Source: Camelus ferus
Taxonomy: Eukaryota
Reading direction: 5' to 3'
NCBI RefSeq assembly: GCF_009834535.1
Contig: NC_045707.1
Span: forward strand, 47,990,001 to 48,054,000
DNA length: 64,000 nucleotides
In this document: piece after piece, positions 26,663 to 39,729 of the stretch
Layout: each line of letters begins with the position of its first letter
Position numbering within the stretch: the first letter of the stretch is position 1
The notes under the pieces: generated by a model
What the model saw: the letters and a program-made list of their open reading frames with translations, nothing else
Databases searched by the model: none
Told to the model about the DNA's origin: nothing
Made by a program: the position numbers and the translations under genes

Positions 26663-29600
26663 GGGAGAGAAGCAAGATGGTGGAGTAGAAGGACGCTTGT
26701 AGCTCACCCTCTCCCACAAATACACCAAAACTCACATCTACAGACCTACTCAGCCAACCAGAGCACCTGCCGAACTCCGACAGAACATCGCCCTCTTCGA
26801 AAGACAAAGATGCCAAAAATCTGGTAGGAGAAAAGGAAAAAAGAAAGTAGAAAAAGCAAAACAGTGCGGGACCAATCCCACGGGGAGGGAGTGGCAGAGG
26901 AGGACTGGCGCTCATTCTCTGGGTCCCCCTCCTCCAATGGAAAGGCCAGAGGGACGGAAGGGGAGTATCTGAGGCCCAGATCTGCCCCAAGCACCCTTTG
27001 ACCGACAGAACTGAGTTAAACGGGCACAAAGGGTCCCCACAACACCCAGCCCGAGCCACGAGCCGGTAGCTGGGGCTGGGACAGGCCGCCCGAGCTGGAC
27101 GGAGGACTGGGGCGGCTGCACTGAGGCAGCCTCAGGGGGCCGCAGGGTGCTGCACGCCATGGCTGGGAGGGGATATGGAGCAGAACAACCTGGGTCCCCC
27201 ATAAGTTGCAAAAACAAAGCAACACAGCCGGTGTGCCCTGGGGGGAGGGGCGCAGTAGCCTTTGTCTCGTCAGACCTGCCTGGCGCATCTCGCTAGAAGA
27301 GAGGCGGGGCGCAGCCACAGCTGCCATCTCCTCCTGTGCGCAGCACCTGGGTGGGGTGAGGCTGAGACCTGAACCTGTACCTGGGGCTCCGCAACCTCCT
27401 AGGCAGGACTGAGACTTGTTTACAGCCTGAGGCAGAGAGGATCTTTCTGCCCTGGCACTTCAGAGAACTTGCACCACCAAGACAAACAAGGAGCTGAGAT
27501 TTGGCATGGAGCAGGGGTGGGGCTGTTCTGCCTTCTTCCCCGAGCCCACCTTTGGAGCATCAACCTGAGGCGGAGCGGGCAGCTGCACAGAGCAGCAGTG
27601 CAACCACTGCTGGGAGAGGGTGGGCGGCCACCCCCCTTCCTGGCAGGAATGCAGCACCTGACCATGGTGCTGGGAGGGGGCGTGATCCGCCCACCTGCCT
27701 CCCCTCGAGCGCAGCATCTGACTGCAGCATTGGGAGGGGGAGTGACCCGCCCGCCCACCAGGTAAGAGCTCAGCTCCTGACCCAGTGTTAGGAGGGGGTG
27801 CAATCTGCTAGCCAGCAGCCACTGGGAGCAGCACAGATGAAGGCGCCAACAGAGGGCCTCTGGAAACGGCAAGCTGAGTTCACGAAACAGGACAAAGACA
27901 CAAAGACCTCTTAATAAAATCATTAAGAGCACACCATCTCCAAGAGAACTAGATAACTGTTACTCCTTAAGCCACAGTGCCAGAGAGATATGAGCAATAT
28001 GAAGAAGCAGAGGAACCACTCCCAATTAAAAGATCAAGAGAAATCCCCTGAAAGCACCATCAAGGAAATAGACATTGATGGCCTACTAGATCAAGATTTC
28101 AAAAAAGGACTGATCAAAGTACTGAAGGAACTAAAGAAATGGTGTTTATAGATATAAAATATGTCAAAAATGAAATAGAAGCTATTAAGAAGAACCAAGT
28201 AGAATTAGTAAACTCATTTGCTGAGATGAGACCTGACCTAAAGGCTGTACAAAGCAGGCTAGATAATGCAGAGGAACGAATAAGTGACCTAGAAGACAGG
28301 ACAACAGAAAGCACCCAAGCAGAACAGCTGAGAGAAAAACAAATAAAAAACAATGAAAACAATATAAGGGGCGTATGGGATAATATAATGTGTGCCAATC
28401 TACACATAATAGGGGGTTCCAGAAGGGGAAGAAAGAACAAAGGGGATTGAAAAGGTATTTGAAGAAATCATGACTGAAAACTTCCCAAACCTAAAGAAAG
28501 AATCAGATATCCAAGTACAGGAGACTTAGAGGGTCCCAAACAGGAAGAACCCAAACAGACCTACACCAAGATATAACATAATCAAGATGGCCAGAGTCAA
28601 GGATAAAGAAATGATCCTAAAGGCAGCAAGAGAAAAACAAAAAGTGAGTTACAAGGGAACCCCCATAAGGCTCTCAGCTGATTTCTCTACACAAACACTA
28701 CAGGCCAGAAGGGAGTGGCAAGATATATTCAAAGTCCTGAATGAAGAAAAGATGCAGCCTAGGATACTCTATCCAGCAAGGCTATCCTTTAGAATAGAAG
28801 GCGAGATAAAGAACTTCACAGACAAGCAAAAACTAAAAGAGTTTAGCAACACTAAACCCATGCTAAAAGAAATATTCACAGGTCTACTCTAAATAGAAAA
28901 GAAGCAGGATGCTACAAAAATGAGAAACTTATAACTGGAAAGGAGATAACTGCCATGAATTACAAAAAGAATAAACACAAAATTGTGAAAAAGGACATCT
29001 AAACCATTAAGAGTGGGAGAGGGAAGCAAGGAAAGCCACGGTGGAAAACAGTATGGAGATTCCTCAAAAGACTAGGAATAGACTTACCATAGGACCCAGG
29101 AATCCTGCTCCTGGGCATATATCCAGAAAGAACCCTACTTCAAAATGACACCTGCACGCCAGCACTATTTACAATAGCCAAGACACGGAAGCAGCCTAGA
29201 TGTCCATCAACAGATGACTGAATAAAGAAGATGTGGTATATTTATACGATGGAATACTATTCAGTCATAAAAACTGACAATATAACGCCATTTGCAACAA
29301 CGTGGATGTTCCTGGAGAATGTCATTCTAAGTGAAGTAAGCCAGAAAGAGAAAGAAAAATACCATATGAGATTGCTTATATGAGGAATCTAAAAAAAAAA
29401 ACAAAAACACAAACAAAACATAAATACAAAACAGAAACAGACTCATAGACATAGAATACAAACTTGTGGTTGCCAAGGGGGAAGAGGGTGGGAAGGGACA
29501 GACTGGGATTTTAAAAAGCAGAATAGATAAACAAGATTATACTGTATAGCACAAGGAAAAATATACAAGATCTTGTGGTAGCTCATAGTGGAAAAAAAAT

Positions 29601-29720
29601 GTGGCAATAAATATATACATGTTCATGTATGACTGAAAAATTGTGCTCTACACTAGAACTTGACCCAACATTGTAAAATAACTATTACTCAATAATAGTA
29701 AAAATAAATAAAAGTATAAA
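26663..29720 (+). mobile_element. LINE-1 with intact 5' end and ORF1 but internal loss of nearly all of ORF2 (half-L1 or spliced-L1 like)
   Basis: 16-bp TSD AAAAGGGT[G/A]CAATGTT at 26647-26662 and 29721-29736, preceded by TTT (L1 endonuclease TT/AAAA site); start GGGAGAGAAGCAAGATGG (YY1-like); GC-rich 5'UTR; ORF1; ORF2 terminus from 29036; 3'UTR and A-rich tail. Confidence 0.92.
27990..28892 (+). pseudogene. L1 ORF1p (coiled coil, RRM, CTD), disrupted
   Basis: MSNMKKQRNHSQ...SRLDNAEERISDLED...NLHIIG...ENFPNL...ILKAAREK...YKGTPIRLSADFS...ARREW...PRILYPARLSF; frameshifts near 28135 and ~28415 and an in-frame TAG at 28527-28529. Confidence 0.9.
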
Positions 29721-30074
29721 AAAAGGGTACAATGTTCATAGAATCCATTTATTTGAAATTTAAAACTATTCTATTGACAGTGGTTTCCAATTTATTACCA
29801 ACATGGAAGAAAATGAGCACATTTTAAATTTTGCTTTGTTCTACTCAATCCACAAAAACAAAACAAAGTGTATATTGTTATGCTCTTATACCTCAGTCCT
29901 TGTGAAAAGGTTGATGACCAACATAACCACCAGATAATCAAAAACTTGTCTTGATGAATTGTGATATTAAGGATGAAATCCTGCACACAGTGTGTATTTA
30001 TTTTGGTTTGTGTCCTGCCTGCTTTCAAACAATTTATGGCAGTAAAAAATAAATTATGATATTTGTCAACTCGT

Positions 30075-30650
30075 ATTGGATTACAAGGGCCAAAAAACCT
30101 CAACTCTGGTGGTTTAAGCACAACAGGGAATTTATTGGTCCACATAGTTGAAGTCCTGAGGTAGAACCCACATCTAATACAACAAGATCCAAGAATTCAA
30201 AGAGGTCAGCAGGCCTCAGTCTCCCCATCTTCATATCTCAGCTCTGCCTTCCTTTGGGCTGGCTCCATTCTCAGGCACTCTCTTTACTGTGGAGCAAGAT
30301 GGAAGCCAGAAACTCTAGCTTTCCATCCCATCCTCTTGGCCATTCTAGTGGAAAATTAGCACCTCCTTTACAGTCATGCTTGTAAAAGCATTCAAAGGCG
30401 CTTTGATAGACCTGACTTGTGCCACATCATGGCTTGATTCTTGATCCAGTACTGAGACCAGGGCAACAGAGCACACTGATTGGCCTGACCTGGGTCATGT
30501 TTCCACCCTTGACTCTCGAAGAATGAATCCCCTCTAAACCACATGGACTGAGAATGGGGAAAAGAAAGTGACCAAGGAGTATTGAGATGCCATTACCACA
30601 AAAGGGGAAAATATTCTTCCGGTAGTTGAACATTGTCAATGTCTGCCACC
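30075..30650. mobile_element. Old MLT1 (J/K-like) LTR
   Basis: 'ggtttaagcacaacagggaatttattggtccacat', 'ctctgccttcctttgggctggctccattctcaggc', 'gattggcctgacctgggtcatg'. Confidence 0.6.
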
Positions 30651-32359
30651 ATCACAGTTCAAAAAAATTGAATTAGTGACAAATACTGGAAAGAAAAAGT
30701 CATGTAGAAATGTGGTGGTGGTCTTGGAGGGTAGGTGGAAAGGAAGGGGAGACAGTATGTTATAGAAACCTGGATTGAGAAAAGATAGAATAGTCAAGTG
30801 TAAAACCTTGCTCTGGGTTTCTAAGAAGTCAAGGCAAGGAGAGACACTCAGTGTCCTAACCTAAAGAAAGGAAGCTCCCAGCCTGTCGGGTGATACGGAT
30901 ACATTTCTGGCTCTGAATTCTGAAAATAACTTGTCTCCAAGGCCTTTGAACAACGTAATGAGGTGCTGTGTTTTCAAAAAGCAAGTTTTTAAATAGAGGT
31001 GGTTCACATTTTGCTCAATGAAAGCCAGGGACATAGCATTACACTATATCTCTGTAAAGTCAATTATTCAAAAGGCTAGAGTGACACAGTCCAAGTATGT
31101 AACCTAATGAAGGACTCCCAGGTAGAAAACCTGCAGTGAAATACTAGCCCTACTACTTATTAGCAGGGCCATCCTAGCTAGGTCCCTCTCATTCCCTGAG
31201 CTTATGTTTTTTAATATAAAGAGGTGGTAATAATATCAATATTTTCTGACTATATGTGAAAATTAAATTAAGTAACATATAAAAGTACTTAAACTCTTTA
31301 ATATATATACAAATATATAACGTATTTTCATCAGACAAATGAAACTCTAGGATCTTCTAGATAAAGGATGAAGTTAGATCAGATTATATATAGTTTATAA
31401 TTAATGACATAAAAGTTCAACTGAAGAGCCATTAAATAGTAAAAGGCTATTTTAAGTTTTCATTGCAGCTCTAATAAAAACCTTTTTTACTCCCTCTTTT
31501 TATTATTTTGCTCTTAAACTTCCCAAGTTTCAAGTAAGTGAGGTGTCATTGACAAAAGAAACAGTTGTTTTTATTTGTGAAGTATTTTAAGGCAGGGATT
31601 ATGACACTGAATAAAGCTTTGTAGGTATTATTATTACCAATTTGATCGCTATTGCCACCATGACTTCCACCAATTGCTACAATTTATTGAGCATTTACTA
31701 TTGACCAGACAAGGAAATGAAACACTTTGCACACATTAAAAATACAATCCTTGAACAAGGAATGAGAAGGGTGACTTTTATAATGCCCGTCAAGAGCAGT
31801 AAAACATTAGGCTAATCACTTATCTCTGGTCCTGGGTTTCTCTCAGCTTGGATCAATATGATTGCACATTTTTAAAGTTTCCTTCTAGACTTCAATATCC
31901 TATTACTACTTTGTCAGGGTCAACTTAGTGGTGAAAAAGATTGCTTCTTACTTTTGTGATATGTTATAAGCACTTCTACCCTGATTATAAATTGATACTT
32001 TTCTTAGAAAGTTCTCTTTGGTAATTTATCAAAAGCAGCACCATTTTTTTTTCCTTCAATGAAACTGATATGATATTCTTCCAGAAGAGAGAAGAGCATG
32101 TCTTTTACAATATGTGGAATTTTGTGGAATGTGCTCCCTTAAGGAAAATAGTAAGGAGCCAGTAAGTTTGTGTCATTGCCTTAAATTTATGGGTGGCAAT
32201 TGTGTTTCAAGTGAAAATTCATTTTTAATTGTATTTATTTATTTAAGTTTTTTAAATTAAGGTATAATGGACATAGTATGATTTCTTAATTAAGTCCCCT
32301 AGAAATTGAATGGCTTTCATCAGTTAAGATCGTACTTAATATACCAAAATGGTACCTAG

Positions 32360-32541
32360 CAGTGGTTTTCAGTTTTGGCTACACATAATAGTCACTGAGG
32401 AACTTTAAAAAATATCAGTGCCTAAATCCCACCACAGAGATTCTGATGCAGTTGGTCCAAGGGGCAGGCTGGATATTGGGATTATTTTTCCTATTGCTTT
32501 CCTACAGGATTCTAATGTATAGTCAAGGTTGAGATTTACTG
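32360..32541. mobile_element. MER5A-like hAT-Charlie MITE
   Basis: 'cagtggttttca...cagagattctgat...gattctaatgtatagtcaaggttgagatttactg'. Confidence 0.7.
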
Positions 32542-34950
32542 CCCATCTGGTATTATCAGTGAGGCAGGGCATCACATACTTGAAGATGAGAAGTGCCAAT
32601 CAGGATGAGGTGGTGGATGCACTGTTCTAAAAAAAATTAGCAGAATCGACCAGTCAGACCCCAGCTAATGCTTATATGATATGTAAAACCAGCAGTATAG
32701 AAAATGTCTGGTTGTAAGAAGGATTTTTTACTTACATATGTTATTTGGGAGGCTCATTGACTGAATTAAAATGGAGAAGAAATGTATGTCATCTTCAGTG
32801 GAAAAAGCCTGTGTAAGTCTTTGTTCTTTTTCTTTTTCTTTTTTTCTGCTGGTTTTTAATTGTCAGAATCCAGAGGACGCACCTGGGAAAGGTGATCTAT
32901 ATTTACCACGTTCTTCTGACCCTCTCACCCCTTTTAGGTGACATTAAATTTTCTTTTCTAATTCCATGGTCTTTTGGACATAGTTTATAGTATCATTGTA
33001 TCCTGTAGGATCTCTTTTAATTGACAAAACCAATAGAAACGAGAAATCATTACCAAAATAGAAAACCAACTCGAGTAATTGTTTGAGGATTTCTTTGCTT
33101 TCTTAAGTAAAATCTAACACATGGTGCTGTCCTGGCATGTTTAGAAAATTATGCCCATTATATTTCTCTGTTTGCTTTTTAAACCTGCTTCTTTCATTTC
33201 TTGCAAATTTTTCTGTCCAAAGCCAAATTGATTCTGCACAGCAAAGATAAACGCCAATCCAGAAACTGGAAAGAAAATGTTTATGTAGTTGAGGTGCATA
33301 TTTATAGAATTCCTGATTTGGTGGTAAGACCTGGACGATCAGCAGTCTAGCTTCTGGTGGATACAATAGCCCTTTTTTAGTTCTTTGAAATGAGAGGTTT
33401 TCATCTCCACTGTAAAGCTTGTCAGATCTGGTCTACAGATGGCTGATATTTGTGATCTTTATCTGCTTGTGACTTCTTAGATGAAATTTTGAGGTTATAT
33501 GTATAAATAATATGGAAGGAAGTGAATGCTTGAGGTTAATGTTTGCAGGAAAAACCAAGGAGGGGACTTTTTGCTAAAGGTTTTTTTGAAAAGCTGCTCT
33601 ACTTCCTACAGATTGATGTAATAACCCCCAGATAAGGGGTTTTCACATTTTTTTTTATCAGTTTTTATAATGAAACAAAAACGTGTCCCATAATCTGAGG
33701 CAGAGAGAAATACTCAACCTTGTCATAGTGTTATACAATTTTTGTTTGTTTGTTTGCCTTTCCATTTTATGATGCACCTTATGAAACTTGACAAATGCCA
33801 AGAAGTAGAAAGTAATAGACCCTGACACTGTTGATTATTCAGGAAGGATATGGTTTGACATTTAAGGCCAACTGAAGCTTCTCACTCCTATCATATCAAA
33901 CCTGGTATATCGCAGGCTCCTCTGGGCCTACACCCTCTGTCTATTGTCCTACACGTGTAGAAAAACTGATACAATTCTAGCAAATTTGGGGAGAAAAAGT
34001 AAGATCCTTTGTTGTACCAGGATGGTGGGCATTTATCAAACTATAGTATTTCTCAAGCTACAATTGTATAATCATGACAAATGAAAAAATCCTTTCAGAA
34101 ATGCCTATCTATACATATAAAAGCAAAACATTGACTGTGATCAAACAATGTAGACAAAACAGAGTGGCTTTGCTGCTGTCTCACTGGGATCCAAACAAAA
34201 CAAAGAGAGGAAGATTATGTTATATTTTGACTATCAGACTTGCTTCATGCATCAAAAGTGTTTCCTAAAAATTAGCTCTGAAATCAGAAAATAAGCATAC
34301 TTTACTACTATTTTGGTGTATTAGGAGTATCAGAGAGAGAATTAAAGAAAGCATTCTGTTGGAAGCAGCCAAGGTAATCACATGTGCAAGATACTAATGA
34401 GCAGATAGTTGGTACATGGGTTGTCTTTGGAAGCGGAGGCAGGAGTGGTGGGGTGATGAGCACACAATATCCATATACAACATAGCAAATTTCTTAGGCA
34501 CCTGGACTTTATAATCACACTACTTGGGTTCAAAATCCTGCTTTTGCCAAGTATTGGAGACTTTGGGAAAAAAATGTATAGTCTGTGCCTCAGTCTTTTC
34601 ATCTTTGAAATAGGGAAGTACCTATCTTTATGGTCTTGTTGTAAAGATGAGATAAGATACTTGATACAAAGAGTCTGGCACAGTGCATAATAAATACTAA
34701 GTGCTCAAATGTTAGGTAATATTACTACATATTTTTTGACACCAGTTACTTACTCTCAACCTCAATGTCCTCACTTGTCAAATACGGAACTGATTTTAGC
34801 AATGACACACATAAAGTTATGTGTATGAGTCAGCATATGATATTGTACACTCAATATAATACATGTTTTCCTAATTCTTTGAAAATGAGAAGGGAAAATG
34901 AGTTGGTAGCTGTTTGCAATTTTCTAGGACCACAGCTGCAGTTAGAATGG

Positions 34951-35403
34951 TGCTGAGTTAGTTTCCTAGGGTGGCCATGACAAATTACCACTAAGTAGGT
35001 GGCTTAACACAATAGAAATTTATTCTCTCTCAGTTTGTTAGAGAGCAGAAGTCCGAAGTCAAGGTATGTTCCCTCTGAAGGCCCTGAGGGAGCATCCTTC
35101 CTTGACTCTTACAACTTCTGGTGGTTCCTGGTATTCCTTGCTCTATAGCAGCATAACTCCAACCTCTGCCTCTGTTTTCACATGGCCATCTTCTTTATGT
35201 ATGCCTGTCTCCAATCTCTGTCTCCTTTCTGTTATAAAGACACCAGTCATTGGATTTAGTCTACCCTAAATGGAGGATAATTTCATGAGGAAATCCTAAA
35301 CTAACTGCATCTGTAAAGACTTTATTTTCAAATAAAGTCACATTCTGAGGTTTTGGGTAGAAATTAATTTGGGGGAGGGCACTATAATTTTCAACCCACT
35401 ACA
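34951..35403 (-). mobile_element. MLT1B/C-like (MaLR) solo LTR
   Basis: 'ttagtttcctagggtggccatgacaaattaccac...gaagtccgaagtcaagg...ataaagtcacattctgagg...ttcaacccactaca'. Confidence 0.8.
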
Positions 35404-35823
35404 GTGGTGATATTTCGAAATGCCTCCAGCTCCTTCTTGCCATTTATCTTATTTTTACTTGAGCCTATTCATTCAGCCCACATTTGGGAGTATCTACTGT
35501 GTCAGATCGTGGGACACAAAGGTAGTTCCTTTAAAGAGTTCATAGTATTTTGAGAAAGATGCACATTAAGCAGGTCTCTGGAACAGAGAGGGAAAGGGTA
35601 TTTGATCCCTGGTGGTTGGAGAGGGCTCCCTGAAGGAAGTAAAACCTGCAGCTGTTACGAGTTCTTTACTCATTTACTTAAAGTACAAGTGCAGATGAAG
35701 GCATATGAGGAGAAAGAAAGAAATGAACTTTACCAGACAGGCCATTGTTTCCATCTGGATTACACAGAACTAGGCAACTTTCTTAGGTGCCCAACCAACT
35801 TTCTGCAAATAGGATTGCATCCA

Positions 35824-35976
35824 GGGGTAGGGGGATATATCTCAGTGGTAATGTGCATGCTTAGCATGCACAAGGTCCTGGGTTTAATCCCCAGTACCTC
35901 CATTAAGTAAATAAATAAACCTAATTACCGCCTCCCACAAATAATTTTTAAAATAAAGATAAAAAAATATTTTAAA
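35824..35976 (+). mobile_element. tRNA-Ala-derived SINE (camelid Vic-1-like)
   Basis: A-box-like 'tatctcagtgg', 'gcttagcatgc' anticodon arm, B-box-like 'ggtttaatccc'; 17-bp TSD AAA[T/C]AGGATTGCATCCA at 35807-35823 and 35977-35993. Confidence 0.9.
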
Positions 35977-38122
35977 AAACAGGATTGCATCCAAAATTCC
36001 AGGCAAACAAATATCAATGGGAAACAAATTAGAACCCTGGATTGTAATAACATTTAATTTAAAATAGAGCACTGACTTTGAGTCTTCTGTCTGTGAAAAA
36101 TACATCTTTATCTAATATGAGAAAAATATATTGCAAGATGTATATATTTCTGATTATTAATTCACTGGAACAGAATGTCACTGATTTCCAAGTTATTTAA
36201 TTGACTAGAGATTGCCATAATATATGGTGATACTTAAGCTCTTTCTATGGTTAGGTTTCTTTTAAGGAGTTTCTTTTTTTTTTTTATCTAATTTCATAAA
36301 TATAATAGTTTAAAATACTCCCCTGCAGCTAAGTGGTAACTGAAACCTAGATGTTAACTCGTCATTGCACCTCGTTTTGTGAAAATAACTTCAAAGGTGC
36401 AAGAACACTTATTTACAGCACTTGGAATGTGACAACTGTGCTATCTCTAGACTTTGTGAAGTTCACCTCCACCTCCCCCTACCCCTCACCTAGATTCTTG
36501 GTGAGTGGAGGTGTTATGTTTTCTATGATAGAGGCTGTGTCCTCAGACAGAAAAATCACATGTGCAAGTTGTGTCACAAGGATTCTATTATATTTCTACA
36601 ACAACTACTTCTGCTGGCAGGAGCTGGCTTCTGTCAGCCCAAAATCGGGTTCTGAAGCTATTCTGAAGATGACCTTGCTTTCAGAAAGCCCTGGTATCTA
36701 CTGAAGAGTAATTATTAATCTGACGTAGTTAAACAGAGGGGACTGACACTGAGTGAAATTGTGTAGGTATACATTTTCATCATCCTCTTGCTTCCCTTTG
36801 CTATACAGTCAATATCTGAACAGGCAAAAGAAGCACAAAGATTTTCAAAGTGGGTCAATAAGCCTTGATATGTTTAAACCTTGAATTAACTTTTTATTGT
36901 TTTACAAATTAGAAAATGGTAAGGAACCAATATGGCTGTCATGAAAAATAAATGCGACAGTGATGTCTTACTGCTTCCGAGAGCAGAGTTTTTCACAACT
37001 GTCCTTCAAAGCCTAGTTTTACTTATCCAGCCATCTGTCATTGCCACCTTTAAGATTCCTTTAAAATGTAATGAAAGATATGAACCTTCTCATTAAAATA
37101 ATGCATCAGTACAATTTACAAATATTTTCTGTGGATTGTTAGTAGAGTCACATCTCATTTCCCTAGAGACCAAGCCTGTTCTCCTACCATCTTTAGGCTC
37201 AGACTCACGCCCTCAGGTTGGAATAAGGTGGGGGCTGGGGTGGCAGTTACACTTCTCCCCTTCCATGCCAGGCTAGCTTCTTCCAAATTGTCACCCTGTG
37301 GACAGACCCATTGATCCTTCTTATTTGAGGCATTTGTCTGTCAGTCACTATGGGAAAATACTATGGGGAAACATCAGCAGGAGGATTCCAAAAGTAAAAA
37401 CAGGGCAGCTAAAAAGCTTAACTCATAAAAGGCCCTCACCCTCTTGCTGAGAGGGGTATAGGAATGTTACCTTTAATGGATGCTGACTGATTTTTTTCTT
37501 TCAAGATGGGTCTCTTCTGATGAACTTGTTGGTTGAATTCTTTTTCTTTTTAGGAAAAACCAGCATGTTTTGAAAGTTATCCCGGGAGTAGATTTATCTC
37601 AAGTAGATAATTTTCATCCCTGTGCTCCTGTGAATGGATAATGGCTCTGGTCGCACCCAAACTTGGGGATTTTTTTTTTTTTCTTCACTACACTGATTGC
37701 CTGATCTTTTCCCTAAGAAATAGCTAAGTGTCATTAATTTCATATAAAAGGCCAATAATTTTTAAGAACCTTGTAAGGGAACTGGAAAGAGGAATATCTT
37801 TAAGGAAAGAGTTCATTCATTAAAAAAACAACTTAGTACTCACCTACTAAAAGTAAAAGGTCGCAGCCTGAGAATACAAAGATTATTTAAAAAGAAAACT
37901 GCCGATTCGGATTTCACAACCAATTTTCATTGTTTTCCTATCTTTTCTATCTTATATTCTTCTCTCACTCAACTTCATTGTGTTGCAGCCTGAATATTTC
38001 TTCAGCTTTATGGGATTATTTTGAGTTCAAAAAAAAAAATGTCCATTATTCTGAATTTCATACCTTTTTTTTTTTCTTTTTAAATCACTGTTCAGGCTTT
38101 TTTCCTCCGTAACTCCTCTATC

Positions 38123-38316
38123 TACAGTTGCCAGATTAGCAATACAAAACACAGGACGTACAGTTCAATTTGAATTTCAGATAAACAGCAAATAGCTTTT
38201 TACTATGAGTATGTCCCAAATGTTGCATGAGACATACTTATACTAAAAAAAAAAAAAAAAGTTGTTTATCAGATTCTAATTTACCTGGGCATCTTGTATT
38301 TTATCTGGCAACCCTA
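38123..38316. mobile_element. MER53 palindromic hAT MITE
   Basis: Ends 'gttgccagat'/'atctggcaac'; inner arms 'gataaaca'/'tgtttatc' and 'agtatgtccca'/'tgagacatact'. Confidence 0.85.
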
Positions 38317-39381
38317 CCCTTACCCCAGCTCACCTCTATAAAATATGTTAGCTTTCATGTTTAGTGACATTGACAGATTTGAAGAGCATCTTTATTCTGT
38401 AATCCTGGTCATAGAGGGAAATGCTAAAGGCTCCCTAGGAAACCACTTCCTGCCAGGCTGCACTGACTTGCTGGCCTCTGACACTGACCTGTCAACTGAA
38501 TGGGACATATCAGCCACTGCAGTCCCACATAATTGTTGTCACGTCTGGAGAACGTTTGTTTTCTTCCTCCTGTCTCACTGATTTGAATTTTTGATTTTGT
38601 TTTTCAATGAGGCAAATCCTGTGGGTGTAGGTTTGCCTATCACCTGTCCTGGGTCTAGGTTTATCTTTTACTTCTGAAACGAAACTAAATGAGGGTAATG
38701 TTGGTAACTGAGCACAGGTTCTCTGGGATCTGTGGCAACAATGCAAGAAAGACTAAAGTCTATAAATAAACCTAAATTTTAGCCTTCTCTAAAAAGCCAA
38801 GAAGAAAACCGTGGGTGGAGCAACTGATTTGAATGTCATTTCCATTGTTTTACCTGCTTACAATCTGGCAAAATTTGGAATGGATCAAGTGAAGCCTGAG
38901 ATTTTAGATTAGCCCCTCTACAACTGAGAGTTGGCTATTCTGAGCTCAACAGATACCATAGTTATCATAGAGAGGTGAATACCAAATATGTAATTTATTT
39001 AATGCAACGCTTTTATAGGTACAGTATCCTGCCAAGGGATATCATTTTAAAATCTAAATGTAACTGTAATTGAAATATGTTATCACTAATATCCGAAATC
39101 AGCCGTTTCTGAATTAGTTTAATATACAGCTGCTTTAAAGTGTGCTTGCACATTAGCAGAATGTCAGAGCTGACTTTCAAAGAAAGCTGTCTTCTGGGAC
39201 ATCATTTATTCTTGCTCATAACTTTAATATGATTACCTCCCACTGTAGCAAACTGATTTACTGTAACATTCTAAAGAGATGTTATCCACAGAAAAAGCTG
39301 GAATATTTCCAGTCAGGATGGTCATCTCTGAGAAAGGTAACAGAAGCTAAAAATTCCATGACACCCATCTCCTGGGTCCAT

Positions 39382-39729
39382 TTTTAGATTAGTTAAACAA
39401 GGAAGCCATTAGATGAGGTGGTTCTGATACCTCAACAGCCTACATGAGCAAACCAAAACCTTAGACTGTAAATGCCTGAAGGGTAGGGAATGGAAACCTA
39501 AGGACAACCAATTACAAATAGCCAATTAGGCTTGTCCCAAGTAATGCTTAAGTTGTAGCCAAATAATTTCCTTGCTTTGCTTCTTCCTTTTCTCTGTAAA
39601 AGTCCTTCCCCTGGCTCCTGCAGTTGAAGCACTTCTAACCACTTCTGGTTTGTTGCTGCCTGGTTCCAATCAATTTTTGCTCAAATAAATTCTTAAAATT
39701 TGTAACAGGCCTCAGTTTATCTTTTAGCA
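39382..39729 (+). mobile_element. ERV1-class solo LTR
   Basis: Several CCAAT/CCAAA boxes, AATAAA at ~39685, ends ...TTAGCA; candidate 4-bp TSD CCAT at 39378-39381 and 39730-39733; 5' TG not preserved. Confidence 0.6.

Noticed and set aside
26601..27932. Cluster of overlapping 68-170 aa ORFs on both strands
   Set aside because: Stop-poor GC-rich L1 5'UTR; no recognisable protein and no support for an ORF0-like product
28139..28892. ORF1 fragments as a functional or domesticated gene
   Set aside because: Two frameshifts and an in-frame stop show this copy is decayed
35824..35902. Possible tRNA-Ala gene (also 47620-47694 and 56710-56787)
   Set aside because: SINE heads with degenerate stems, SINE tails and TSDs
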